Below, in pieces: positions 38,210-47,380 of a stretch of 63,595 nt of DNA. The position numbers were made by a program, and so were the translations under genes. Numbering within the stretch: the stretch's first letter is position 1; the number at the start of each line of letters is the position of its first letter. The notes below the pieces were generated by a model. It was not told the origin of the DNA, searched no databases, and was given only the letters and a program-made list of their open reading frames with translations. The stretch lies in the sequence record MK373795.1; one strand, written 5' to 3'. The DNA is from Escherichia phage vB_EcoS_HdSG1.

Positions 38210-38839
38210 TTACTTTTTACACGCTTCAAGAAATTCCCGACGCCATGTGTCACCAGTCACGTCCGGTAATACACCATCACCCAATGCAGTACGTCCGCGG
38301 AATGCTTTAGTGATAGTTGAGCTGCCGCATACCTGTTTAACACCGCGCGACTCCATGCACATATGTTTTGCATCAATGTAGACGCACACAGCTTTCGGCT
38401 CTAAATGGTCACGGATAGCGTCCGCAATCTGGTTAGTTAGACGTTCCTGGACTTGCAAACGTCGAGCGAAAGCATCAACTACACGAGATAACTTGCTGAG
38501 ACCGACAATTTTTCCATTTGGAACATATCCAACCACCGCATGACCAATAATAGGAGCCATGTGATGCTCACAATGACTATATACAGGGATATCGCGGACG
38601 ATGACCATTTCATCACAGTCTTCCCCACCATCTTCAAACGTCTTGAACAGGGATGCGATATCGACAGAATAACCCCCGAACCATGTAGCATAAGCCTTAG
38701 CTACACGATCTGGAGTTTCTACTAAACCTTCACGAAGATCAGTAGTATCGTACCCTTCAATAACAGATAGAAGATTTCTTACAGCTACTTGAATTTGATG
38801 CTGATGAGATTTCAACTCTAAATAATTTATATTTGACAT
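38210..38839 (-). CDS. folE: GTP cyclohydrolase I
   Basis: Signature YSHCEHHMAPIIGHA; start at ATG 38839 (26 nt after queD stop). Confidence 0.85.
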   Translation of the reverse strand: MSNINYLELKSHQHQIQVAVRNLLSVIEGYDTTDLREGLVETPDRVAKAYATWFGGYSVDIASLFKTFEDGGEDCDEMVIVRDIPVYSHCEHHMAPIIGHAVVGYVPNGKIVGLSKLSRVVDAFARRLQVQERLTNQIADAIRDHLEPKAVCVYIDAKHMCMESRGVKQVCGSSTITKAFRGRTALGDGVLPDVTGDTWRREFLEACKK

Positions 38840-38865
38840 GGTTTGCAGTTTCCTTGTGTGGTCAA

Positions 38866-39399
38866 TTATTTGCAATAGTTAACATGGCATTTGGACGTTT
38901 CTTCAATGGTACATTCTACCAATTCAACACCATATTGGTCAAGCAGTTGAGGACCAATTACGTCAACCATATATGCAGCTAAGTTTTCCGCAGTTGGGTT
39001 GAATGGTAAAGCTACCAAAGAATTAAAGAAAGGATCATAATCTTCATCGGTCACTAAATTGTTTTCACGTGCAAACTTAGTTGATGCAACAACAATGAGC
39101 GAATTAATCATGCTGTCTTGTTCCCAATGCAGGAACTTATGATCCCAGTTATCTTCCAACCACTGGCAAAGCGTAGTTTTAACCACACTAAAGTCGATAA
39201 CGCGGCCTACATCGTCCAAGGATCCTTCTAGAGCAAATCCACTTACAGACTTAACGTAGCCTTCCGACAATGTTTTCTTTGGTGCAACTTTAAAATGGAA
39301 CTTATAGTTGTGGCCATGAAGATGGCGACACTTACTTTCATGCCCTACGACACGATGCCCCGCGCAAATTTCATGTGAACGAATAACAGTGTAACCCAT
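38866..39399 (-). CDS. queD: 6-carboxy-5,6,7,8-tetrahydropterin synthase
   Basis: 177 aa; CxxxHGH-type motif CRHLHGHNY. Confidence 0.75.
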   Translation of the reverse strand: MGYTVIRSHEICAGHRVVGHESKCRHLHGHNYKFHFKVAPKKTLSEGYVKSVSGFALEGSLDDVGRVIDFSVVKTTLCQWLEDNWDHKFLHWEQDSMINSLIVVASTKFARENNLVTDEDYDPFFNSLVALPFNPTAENLAAYMVDVIGPQLLDQYGVELVECTIEETSKCHVNYCK

Positions 39400-39400
39400 T

Positions 39401-40816
39401 TTATTCCTCGTTTTCGTATTTAATAACTTCTTGTGCGTTATTAATATTAAACGCAGTCCGGCGCATCATGCAAGGGCCACAAGTACCGCAATGCAGATCA
39501 CCGTTACGGTAACAGCTCCAGGTGTGCTCCAACGGGGCCCCTAAACGCAGACCTGTAGCGACAATTTCGTGCTTCATTAAGTTACCTACAGGCATGAGCA
39601 CTTCAACGCGCTTACCGTCCCCTACAGCGAACGGTAACACCTGATTAAAGCGATTAATAAACTCAGGTTCGTTGTCCGGATAGGCTCCAGCTTCTTCTAG
39701 GTTGTTACCAAGAACAATATAGTCGAAACCGTTAGCTTCTGCGTATGCAGTAGCAACAGAAAGCATTACAAGGTTACGAGCTGGAACCCATTCATGCGCA
39801 AATTCAGCGCCTTCTTCACCGCCAGCAATTGCAGCATCTTGATCAAATAATGGGCTATCCTTCTTATCATAAATTGGGATTGGAAATTCAATCAATGGAA
39901 CCTCCATCACCTCCGCAATCTTGCGAATAGCATACAGCTCATTAGTTTCTGCACGACAACCATATTGGAAGTTAATCAGAGTGACATCTAAACCATTGGA
40001 CTTACACATCTGAGCTGCTACTGTGCTGTCCATACCACCACTGGCGACAACTAACGCGCGTTGAGTTTGCTTATTTGGAATAAGATCAACTTCATTGCAT
40101 ACATCAGTAGATGTGACCACATTACATGAATAAGGCTTCAGCATCTGCTTAATAGTGCGGGTGGGTAGCATATCTTCCTGGCTGGCGAAATACATACCAG
40201 TATCAGTCTTACCGATCCAGATTGGACGATAATTACATGCTGTAAACACGCATCCCGGAAAGGAATCATGTGTCGCAAGGATTGCAAAGCTACCTTTCAA
40301 TTTGCGAACAACTTCATGAAACACACTGTACAGGTAATTAAAGTCAGACAAACACATTTCATCTGCTGAAAGTGTACATTCTGCTAATTGTTCGACAATC
40401 GCAGCACTATCAATCTTAGTCTGCAGGGCATAGGTACGAAGGTCTTTATCGTTCGCAATAGTACCGTTATGAACAATAGTCCAACCATCCATATGATACG
40501 GTTGCTGATCCCACTCATTCTTGTCAACGACCCACTCTGTAGTCGGTTCAGCGCGAGCGTTACCAATCATGCTGAAGCTACCAATAGCTCCAGCATGAGA
40601 TGCAATGCGCCCAACTTTAACAAGACGTTCCAGCGATGTTTCCTTACCGACACTAACGATACGTTGCGGGTGCATACTGTGGTCACCATGCGTAAAGCGT
40701 ACACCAAGACCATCACGACCACGCTTGATACTAGCTTTAATAAGATCCTCAATGTCGTTACGGATAATAAGACTTTCAGGTTGACCGTTAGTAATAACAC
40801 CAAAGATAGAGCACAT
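39401..40816 (-). CDS. queC: glutamine amidotransferase-QueC fusion (Gat-QueC, archaeosine-type)
   Basis: Start ATG 40816 (RBS AAGGAAGG) gives N-terminal MCSIFG (class II amidotransferase Cys); PP-loop VVASGGMDST; QueC-type zinc motif SCYRNGDLHCGTCGPC. Confidence 0.75.
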   Translation of the reverse strand: MCSIFGVITNGQPESLIIRNDIEDLIKASIKRGRDGLGVRFTHGDHSMHPQRIVSVGKETSLERLVKVGRIASHAGAIGSFSMIGNARAEPTTEWVVDKNEWDQQPYHMDGWTIVHNGTIANDKDLRTYALQTKIDSAAIVEQLAECTLSADEMCLSDFNYLYSVFHEVVRKLKGSFAILATHDSFPGCVFTACNYRPIWIGKTDTGMYFASQEDMLPTRTIKQMLKPYSCNVVTSTDVCNEVDLIPNKQTQRALVVASGGMDSTVAAQMCKSNGLDVTLINFQYGCRAETNELYAIRKIAEVMEVPLIEFPIPIYDKKDSPLFDQDAAIAGGEEGAEFAHEWVPARNLVMLSVATAYAEANGFDYIVLGNNLEEAGAYPDNEPEFINRFNQVLPFAVGDGKRVEVLMPVGNLMKHEIVATGLRLGAPLEHTWSCYRNGDLHCGTCGPCMMRRTAFNINNAQEVIKYENEE

Positions 40817-40817
40817 A

Positions 40818-41576
40818 TTATTTACCTTCCTTAACCATTTCAATTTCACGCTCAACGGATGCAATAATATCGTTGAGGTCTTCCAGTAAGTCTTTATGAC
40901 CGCGCTCACCAGCACACAGCACTTTCTTCAGTGCATGTTGCATGGGCCCACTGGTTACATTGAATGCTTTAATTACGTCGTACACGTCAACCCACACATC
41001 AATTTCAATTGGGCTACCGTTAATGTCATGGGATTCAAAACTTTTGATTTTGCGCATATATTTATTTGGACGTGGAGCTTTAATATCCTGGACGCAATCC
41101 TTATTAACAAACGCTTCATTAACGAATAGTTCAGGCTCGCCTTCTTTGTTACGATCAACTTTAAAGACGCTCGAAAGTACATCTTCCATGATACCAGCTA
41201 ATTTTTCAGAAGAAGTTTTATGATTTTTAACCATCTCTTCCACTTCTTCCGCTTTCTGTGTTCCGCTAACAGAAGCACTAATGCGCCATTTGTAAAGCGC
41301 ATTACGCGGAGGCGTCACATGCGTGTTATAGACTGTCTTTAAGTTCATAAGATCAGTTCCATCCATACCTTCAACAAAGACAGTGAGTTCGGGACTGATA
41401 TCGTTCAGAACATCTACTAAATATCCTTCTCGAATTACAGATGCAAGAGCTGTATTTGACGCCGCCTGAGAAACTGTGGTCACATAATGTTTTACAAATC
41501 CATCTTCATCAAACAGACACTGGTTTAACACATTTTGTGGAACAATCTGACCGAGTAATTGAATATGCTTATTCAT
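40818..41576 (-). CDS. hypothetical protein embedded in the deazaguanine cluster
   Basis: 252-aa ORF, tightly packed between queE and gat-queC; no confident motif. Confidence 0.6.
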   Translation of the reverse strand: MNKHIQLLGQIVPQNVLNQCLFDEDGFVKHYVTTVSQAASNTALASVIREGYLVDVLNDISPELTVFVEGMDGTDLMNLKTVYNTHVTPPRNALYKWRISASVSGTQKAEEVEEMVKNHKTSSEKLAGIMEDVLSSVFKVDRNKEGEPELFVNEAFVNKDCVQDIKAPRPNKYMRKIKSFESHDINGSPIEIDVWVDVYDVIKAFNVTSGPMQHALKKVLCAGERGHKDLLEDLNDIIASVEREIEMVKEGK

Positions 41577-41638
41577 AACGATTTACCTTATTAGTTGAAC
41601 ATACCATGTCTTCTAGCGCGTTTTGAATATGTATAACT

Positions 41639-42403
41639 TCACTCCACACCTAAATATTTGTGGATCTGCAATTGCACGATGTAATTGTGCTTCATTGCAT
41701 ATTTAACGACAGCTTGAGCATTTGCTTTATTAGAATCGTCGTCCTGTTCATCCATAGGTTGAAGATAAATCTTACCTTTAAAGTGTACAGGCGGACGTGC
41801 GATAAATGGTGTCGCACGGTGATCCAGTGCCTGCAACGGTAATCCATCTTCCTCGTTGACGTTTCCACTTTTCATTACATATTTGAAAGCATCCGCTCGA
41901 GCGGAAACGCTAGGGTGAACCTTTGCTGCCTTAGGACTACATACTACCACACAGTTATAGTTGAGTTCACGCGGGATAGGCATAGTTCCGTTAGTTTCAA
42001 CCTGTACTCGATAACCTTTCATATCAATAAGGTAGTTGATAAAATTAGCAACTTCAGGTTGACGGAAAGGTTCGCCGCCAGTAATGACAACTAAGTTAGT
42101 CTTGGCTTCACCAGTAACACGGACAATCTCTTGCCAAATGTCACCGTGATTCATCTTCTTACGATTGGACGTATAGTTTGTATCACATCCTGGGCATTGC
42201 AGATTACAACCAGCTAATCGAACAAACACGGCAGGTTGACCACAAAACGGGCCTTCACCTTGAATGGTATGAAAAATGGAATGCACGTCAAGAATACCAC
42301 GTTCACGAACTAACTTCTCAGGTTCCTGAGTATTAATAATTTTCATATGATTTCCAAATTTGGCTTGAGCCCAGTGGTGGGCGATAATGGCTTGTGCAAA
42401 CAT
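41639..42403 (-). CDS. queE: 7-carboxy-7-deazaguanine synthase (radical SAM)
   Basis: CGQPAVFVRLAGCNLQCPGCDT cluster motif; start ATG 42403 with GAGG. Confidence 0.75.
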   Translation of the reverse strand: MFAQAIIAHHWAQAKFGNHMKIINTQEPEKLVRERGILDVHSIFHTIQGEGPFCGQPAVFVRLAGCNLQCPGCDTNYTSNRKKMNHGDIWQEIVRVTGEAKTNLVVITGGEPFRQPEVANFINYLIDMKGYRVQVETNGTMPIPRELNYNCVVVCSPKAAKVHPSVSARADAFKYVMKSGNVNEEDGLPLQALDHRATPFIARPPVHFKGKIYLQPMDEQDDDSNKANAQAVVKYAMKHNYIVQLQIHKYLGVE

Positions 42404-42471
42404 TTGAACCTCGGGGTAAGATAACAAAGGGGCAGTAAATGCCCCTTCTGAGTTTCCGAAGTATCTACAGA

Positions 42472-43296
42472 TTACTCTGCAGTTTTCTGAGACGGAATTT
42501 CTACGTTAGCGGCCGCTTGTGCAATATTAGCAGGTACTGGAACGGATACGCGACCAGTAATGCCCATGTATTTCTTCCAGCGAGCGTATTCCGCTTTAAC
42601 GTTGGCTTCGTTCAGGCCTTTGTCCAGTGCAACAGGCAGAACGTAGCTGATCGGTGCAGTCTGACCCAGCTCCAGGGTCACAGCGTCAAAGATATCCCAT
42701 GCAGCACGGCACAGAGTACCGACACCAGGCTTACGAATACCGTTCTGTTCAGGCTCTTTCTTAGCTTCGCGTTCTGCTGCTTTACGAGCACGCTCTTCGT
42801 CCTGCAGACGTTTCTTCTCAGCGCGTTGTGCGTCACGTTGCGCTTTTTCAGCGGCCTTAGTGGCTTCGCGGGCAGCGGATACACGACCTTTAACATCTTT
42901 CAGAGTGGATTCAATGGAGGAAACCAGATCTTCAGATGCTGCAACGGCAGTTTTCAGCTGATCGTTGTCTTTAACTTTACGTGCGGCCGCTTTGACAGCT
43001 TTCAGGCCTTCTTTAGCGGTCTTCAGTTGAGCTGTAACTATGCCTTCAACTGCTTTAACTTCGTCCAGCAATGAACCTTCGTTCAGGGTTGCGAACTGTT
43101 CTTTAACAGCGGACGCAGCACCTTCGATCACATTATAACCGGCAGTGGCTTCGTTCAATGCGGCGTCAACTTTAGCCTGCAATTCACGTGCTGCTTTTTC
43201 TTCAGCTTCACGTTTTTTCTTTGCTTCAGCTTCTTTTGCTGCTTTCTTTGCTGCTTCTTCTGCTTCCAGTTGCTCTGGAGTTTTCTCTTTAGCCAT
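42472..43296 (-). CDS. Lys/Ala/Glu-rich coiled-coil protein, unknown function
   Basis: 274 aa; first approx 190 aa low-complexity KAE-rich; RBS GTGAGGA. Confidence 0.6.
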   Translation of the reverse strand: MAKEKTPEQLEAEEAAKKAAKEAEAKKKREAEEKAARELQAKVDAALNEATAGYNVIEGAASAVKEQFATLNEGSLLDEVKAVEGIVTAQLKTAKEGLKAVKAAARKVKDNDQLKTAVAASEDLVSSIESTLKDVKGRVSAAREATKAAEKAQRDAQRAEKKRLQDEERARKAAEREAKKEPEQNGIRKPGVGTLCRAAWDIFDAVTLELGQTAPISYVLPVALDKGLNEANVKAEYARWKKYMGITGRVSVPVPANIAQAAANVEIPSQKTAE

Positions 43297-43392
43297 GATT
43301 TAAATCCTCACAGTGTGGTTATTGGTTGTGAACTACGTTCTAAGTGGTTGCACTATAACCCCTCTAAAAGAACTATGCAATATTTTAGTTAA

Positions 43393-44115
43393 TTAATTTA
43401 AGCCACGTTCTTTTACCCAGACCCCTAATGTATTACTTGATGTATTACGCTTCACACCTTGTGCCTCTAAACGATCCATCATTTGTTTTCTAAGCTGAAG
43501 GATTTCCTTCTTGTCACGAGGTTCACCAGCTTCTTTCCACATTTCGTCAGCAACAGCGAAAATAATATCGCGAGTGCCGGCTGTACGCGACGTTGCGGCA
43601 CGTTTTTCGTTTGCCGGTGTGCTAGTACCTTGCCGCTCTCTTGTCGGTGTCCATGCCCCTTGTATGCCCATATTTGTTTGTACGGTTGGGCCGTCAATGA
43701 TGGTGGATTCCAATGAACTATCATTCCGTACTTGAATATTAGGCTCCTCCCCCAAATCTGGAACAGAGCTGCCTTCGCGGTACATGCACTCACCCTCTTT
43801 ATTACTAGCAATTGCCCAGTCCGCTTGTTCAGCCACATCCGCATCTATTACTGTCTCCGGTATTTCATTTAAAAAGTAATGGATGATCTTACTGATCATT
43901 TTCTTTGGATATAAAGCACCCTGCTTATTACCCGTTAAGTTGATGTACAAAAGTTGCATTTGCACATCATCAAACTCTTTATACAGTTCTTCAACTTCTA
44001 ACGGAAGAACTACAGAACTTTCGCTACAGCATAGAATTCCATACTCATGAAGACGTTGGAAGTTTGGATGCTTAGCTAATATCTGCATCCGATCGTAATC
44101 AATTAAGACGTACAT
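43393..44115 (-). CDS. hypothetical protein
   Basis: ATG 44115 with RBS GGTGGAAGG; basic C-terminal tail. Confidence 0.55.
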   Translation of the reverse strand: MYVLIDYDRMQILAKHPNFQRLHEYGILCCSESSVVLPLEVEELYKEFDDVQMQLLYINLTGNKQGALYPKKMISKIIHYFLNEIPETVIDADVAEQADWAIASNKEGECMYREGSSVPDLGEEPNIQVRNDSSLESTIIDGPTVQTNMGIQGAWTPTRERQGTSTPANEKRAATSRTAGTRDIIFAVADEMWKEAGEPRDKKEILQLRKQMMDRLEAQGVKRNTSSNTLGVWVKERGLN

Positions 44116-44116
44116 G

Positions 44117-44356
44117 TTAATCCTTCCACCATTCTGGCCCACAATACATTCCACGTAGTTCTTCACGCATGTAATTTTCAAACTCGTCTTCAATATTGAT
44201 TACTTGGCTTTCGTGAAAAACTGCCACACCATGAATAAACCGTTTAGCTCTTTCCCCTTTAATTACACCGTAACCTAATTCCTCCCACTCTTTAAAAGTC
44301 TTCCATTCACCTTCTTCCGGTGAATGGTCGTCACTTCTAAACGTCATCTTTGCCAT
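44117..44356 (-). CDS. hypothetical protein (79 aa)
   Basis: ATG 44356 with RBS GAGG; longer track ORF would overlap the helicase gene. Confidence 0.5.
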   Translation of the reverse strand: MAKMTFRSDDHSPEEGEWKTFKEWEELGYGVIKGERAKRFIHGVAVFHESQVINIEDEFENYMREELRGMYCGPEWWKD

Positions 44357-44363
44357 ATAAGCC

Positions 44364-46367
44364 TCAAAATGGAATGTCGTCATCAAAATCTGGTGGTAGT
44401 TCTTTACCGTTACCAGTAAGAATAGGTTGATTAGACGTAGAATGCAATACTGTCGTACGGGAATCAGTCTGCTCATCTTCATCAAACTTATTCGTATAAC
44501 TGCTACCAAACTGGGACAGACCATTCATTGCTGCAATTTGTACAACCGGACGTTCGTTTGTTACTTCTTTCTTACCGAATTCACTACCGTCATAACAACT
44601 ATTCAACACTTCGGGGAACTTACCCTTCAAGTTGACATAAATGTGCGTCGGTACACGAAGCTGGCTGACCACATTGAGGGCTTCATCAATGTTAGCTGGG
44701 ATTGCCAAGCTGCAATGCTCACGCCACCAGTTACGCGCTTTCTTACCTGCAAAGCCGGTATGGAACAGGCAGATGTATTGTTGGATAGTCTGTGAGCCAC
44801 AAAGATAGTCGACACGAAGTGTTGGTGGTTTAGAACGGTCACCCCTGTTCTCGTGGCGGTAGTAACTCACCATATCAACTTTCAATACCTCAGTGACCGG
44901 TAAATCATTCTTGATAATAGCTTTCGTACTAGCACTCGCCATTAGTTTCTTCTCAAAAGTAAACTCATGACCGCAATAACCAGCACGACACGCTTTATTA
45001 TTTGTAATGGTGTAACCTAATCCTTGCAGATAGAGTATTTCTTCATGAGACATGCTACTTGTGTCGAATGGTTTTAACCCACCACAGAAGCGAACTGACG
45101 CATGGTTCCATGTCTTACATATTGGACATTCCTTAACAGGTGCAGCGGATTTTCCTTTCTGCCCTGGACGCTTAGGAATGACCGGGTCATTAATAGGTCC
45201 AAGACGTCTTGTGTTACCTGCATAATCCAATACAAGACAGTTCTGTTTATGCGAAGCGGAGATAGCTTGCAAACGACCCTCTGTTGTGGTCAAATCAAAA
45301 CCATCCGCATAATCAGGTCGCGTACCACGTCCAAGCATCTGAACCCACAAACGGGAGGATTGAGATGGTCGCATACCAATTATCAAGTCAAGTCCAGGAT
45401 GGTCGAAACCTGTCGTTAATACGTTGTTGTTTGCTATTGCCTGTAAACGACCAGCTTTAAAATCAATAAGATACTGGTCACGCAAGGCTTTCGGTGTATC
45501 ACCAGTTACAACTTCACAACTAATACCGCGCTCGTTGAGGTAGTCCTTGACATCTTTTGCATGGTCTACACCAGCACAAAAGATAAGCCAACTCATTCTA
45601 TTCTCTTCTTCCGCAATACTAATTGCATCATCTAATAAATGGCGAGTCACATCAGGATCGTTTACAACCTTTTGAAGCTCACTTTCAATGAACTCACCGC
45701 CTCGAGTATGAACACCACTTACATCATACTCTTTCTTTGTTTTACGTGGTACTAACGGAACAAGATAACCTTCATCAATGAACCAGTTGAAGCACTCTAC
45801 GGTACACGCGTTAAATACGATTTCATCAAATAGAGCATTAGGCGCATAATCATCTTTGATAATAGAACCAAAACCAAGACGCCAACTCGTAGCAGTAAGA
45901 CCGATAATCTTTAGATATGGATTCTTTTCACGAATGTGCGCAAAGAACTTCTGATAACTTGTTTGCTGATTTGGACTAATAAGGTCACATTCGTCAACTA
46001 TAATAATATCAACGTCCTCAAAGTATTTAGCTTGTTTTGCAACAGACTGAATACCCGCGAACGTTATCATTGCGTTCTTATCTTTGCGACCCATACCAGC
46101 ACTATAAATACCAGTCGGTGCTTCAGGCCACAACTTCTTAAATTTATCGTGGTTCTGGTCTATCAATTCTTTTACGTGAGTAATTACCATCATGCGGGTA
46201 CTACCCCAATTATCATGAATTGTCTTTAATAGACCAGCAATTACAAGGGACTTACCAGTCCCTGTAGGCAACAAGATAACAGGATTTCCTGATTTTTCAC
46301 CATGCTTGATGAAATAGCGCAATGTACTGTTTACAGCTTCTTGCTGATAATCACGTAGTTTGAACAT
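44364..46367 (-). CDS. superfamily 2 DNA helicase with C-terminal zinc-finger-like region
   Basis: 667 aa; Walker A LLPTGTGKS, DExD-like IIVDECD, Cys cluster CPICK...C; RBS GGTGAG. Confidence 0.7.
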   Translation of the reverse strand: MFKLRDYQQEAVNSTLRYFIKHGEKSGNPVILLPTGTGKSLVIAGLLKTIHDNWGSTRMMVITHVKELIDQNHDKFKKLWPEAPTGIYSAGMGRKDKNAMITFAGIQSVAKQAKYFEDVDIIIVDECDLISPNQQTSYQKFFAHIREKNPYLKIIGLTATSWRLGFGSIIKDDYAPNALFDEIVFNACTVECFNWFIDEGYLVPLVPRKTKKEYDVSGVHTRGGEFIESELQKVVNDPDVTRHLLDDAISIAEEENRMSWLIFCAGVDHAKDVKDYLNERGISCEVVTGDTPKALRDQYLIDFKAGRLQAIANNNVLTTGFDHPGLDLIIGMRPSQSSRLWVQMLGRGTRPDYADGFDLTTTEGRLQAISASHKQNCLVLDYAGNTRRLGPINDPVIPKRPGQKGKSAAPVKECPICKTWNHASVRFCGGLKPFDTSSMSHEEILYLQGLGYTITNNKACRAGYCGHEFTFEKKLMASASTKAIIKNDLPVTEVLKVDMVSYYRHENRGDRSKPPTLRVDYLCGSQTIQQYICLFHTGFAGKKARNWWREHCSLAIPANIDEALNVVSQLRVPTHIYVNLKGKFPEVLNSCYDGSEFGKKEVTNERPVVQIAAMNGLSQFGSSYTNKFDEDEQTDSRTTVLHSTSNQPILTGNGKELPPDFDDDIPF

Positions 46368-47318
46368 TTACTCACCGTAATAATCTGCTGCTTCGTATTG
46401 ACCACATGCTGCCATCTGGTCTTCCTTCGTTAATACACCTTCAGTTCCATCGGTGATGTATGCAGTAGCAGAAGCTACTTTGATTGCACATCTCCATGTT
46501 CCATCTTCAAGCGGGTAAGAGTGCTTACAGGTGCGGCAGTTAACTTCAGGCATCTTATTGTTGTGACATACTGCTTTGTGGTCACACCATTTACATTTAT
46601 AGTAAGACTTACTTTCATTGATTTTAGGTGGTGGGCATTCTGCCAGTGCAATTACAAATCCACGGTCTTTGTAGCGTTCTGCGGTTTCTTTATCAAACGG
46701 TACAAGCTCTGCCCAAATCTCGTCCGTGTTCTTATTAACTGCAATATAAAGAGCGGCTGGGAGTCCATAATACAACATGTACTCTTGTATCTGAACATAG
46801 TGCTCCCATTTGGATTCCATCACACCATTAACGACAAGTTTCTTGAACGAATCGTTATTGTGCGTTTTCATCTCCGTTAAGATTGGTGTAGAAGGTTGTG
46901 GCATGTCAGGGCAACCAATGACAATACCATCTATCGCGGAGCCAAAGTGCCCGTTGAGATAGCTGACTCGATACTGGCTGCCATTTTCGTCTTGTTGGAT
47001 GACTTGCATACCGGCGGTAAGTAATAAGGCCACAAAGCGACCTTCTTCAAGATGCCCGCGATTGAATAGACGTAAGGTTTTACCGTTAAAGTGTGGTTTT
47101 GTTGCCCATCTCCATCCGTAGAAGATTGCTCTGCTACACTCTTGCCCAATAAGACTAATCCCAAGATGTGAACGGAATCCGCCATCTCCCTCTCTATATG
47201 CGTCTTCAATATGCGGTAATACTTTTCCGAGCCATACTCTGTAAGCGGATCCTTGATCTCGTTCAATACAGTCATTGAATAACTCCATTGTCTTAGTAGC
47301 AGGATAAAAATGTGGCAT
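46368..47318 (-). CDS. PD-(D/E)xK-family nuclease with C-terminal Cys cluster (Cas4/RecB-like)
   Basis: 316 aa; D...EMK nuclease-like motif and CKWCDHKAVCH...CRTC cluster; stop abuts helicase start. Confidence 0.5.
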   Translation of the reverse strand: MPHFYPATKTMELFNDCIERDQGSAYRVWLGKVLPHIEDAYREGDGGFRSHLGISLIGQECSRAIFYGWRWATKPHFNGKTLRLFNRGHLEEGRFVALLLTAGMQVIQQDENGSQYRVSYLNGHFGSAIDGIVIGCPDMPQPSTPILTEMKTHNNDSFKKLVVNGVMESKWEHYVQIQEYMLYYGLPAALYIAVNKNTDEIWAELVPFDKETAERYKDRGFVIALAECPPPKINESKSYYKCKWCDHKAVCHNNKMPEVNCRTCKHSYPLEDGTWRCAIKVASATAYITDGTEGVLTKEDQMAACGQYEAADYYGE

Positions 47319-47380
47319 ATCATAATCCTATATAGAAAAATAAAGCTCCCGGAGGAGCTTTATTATAACATGATTTTTAA

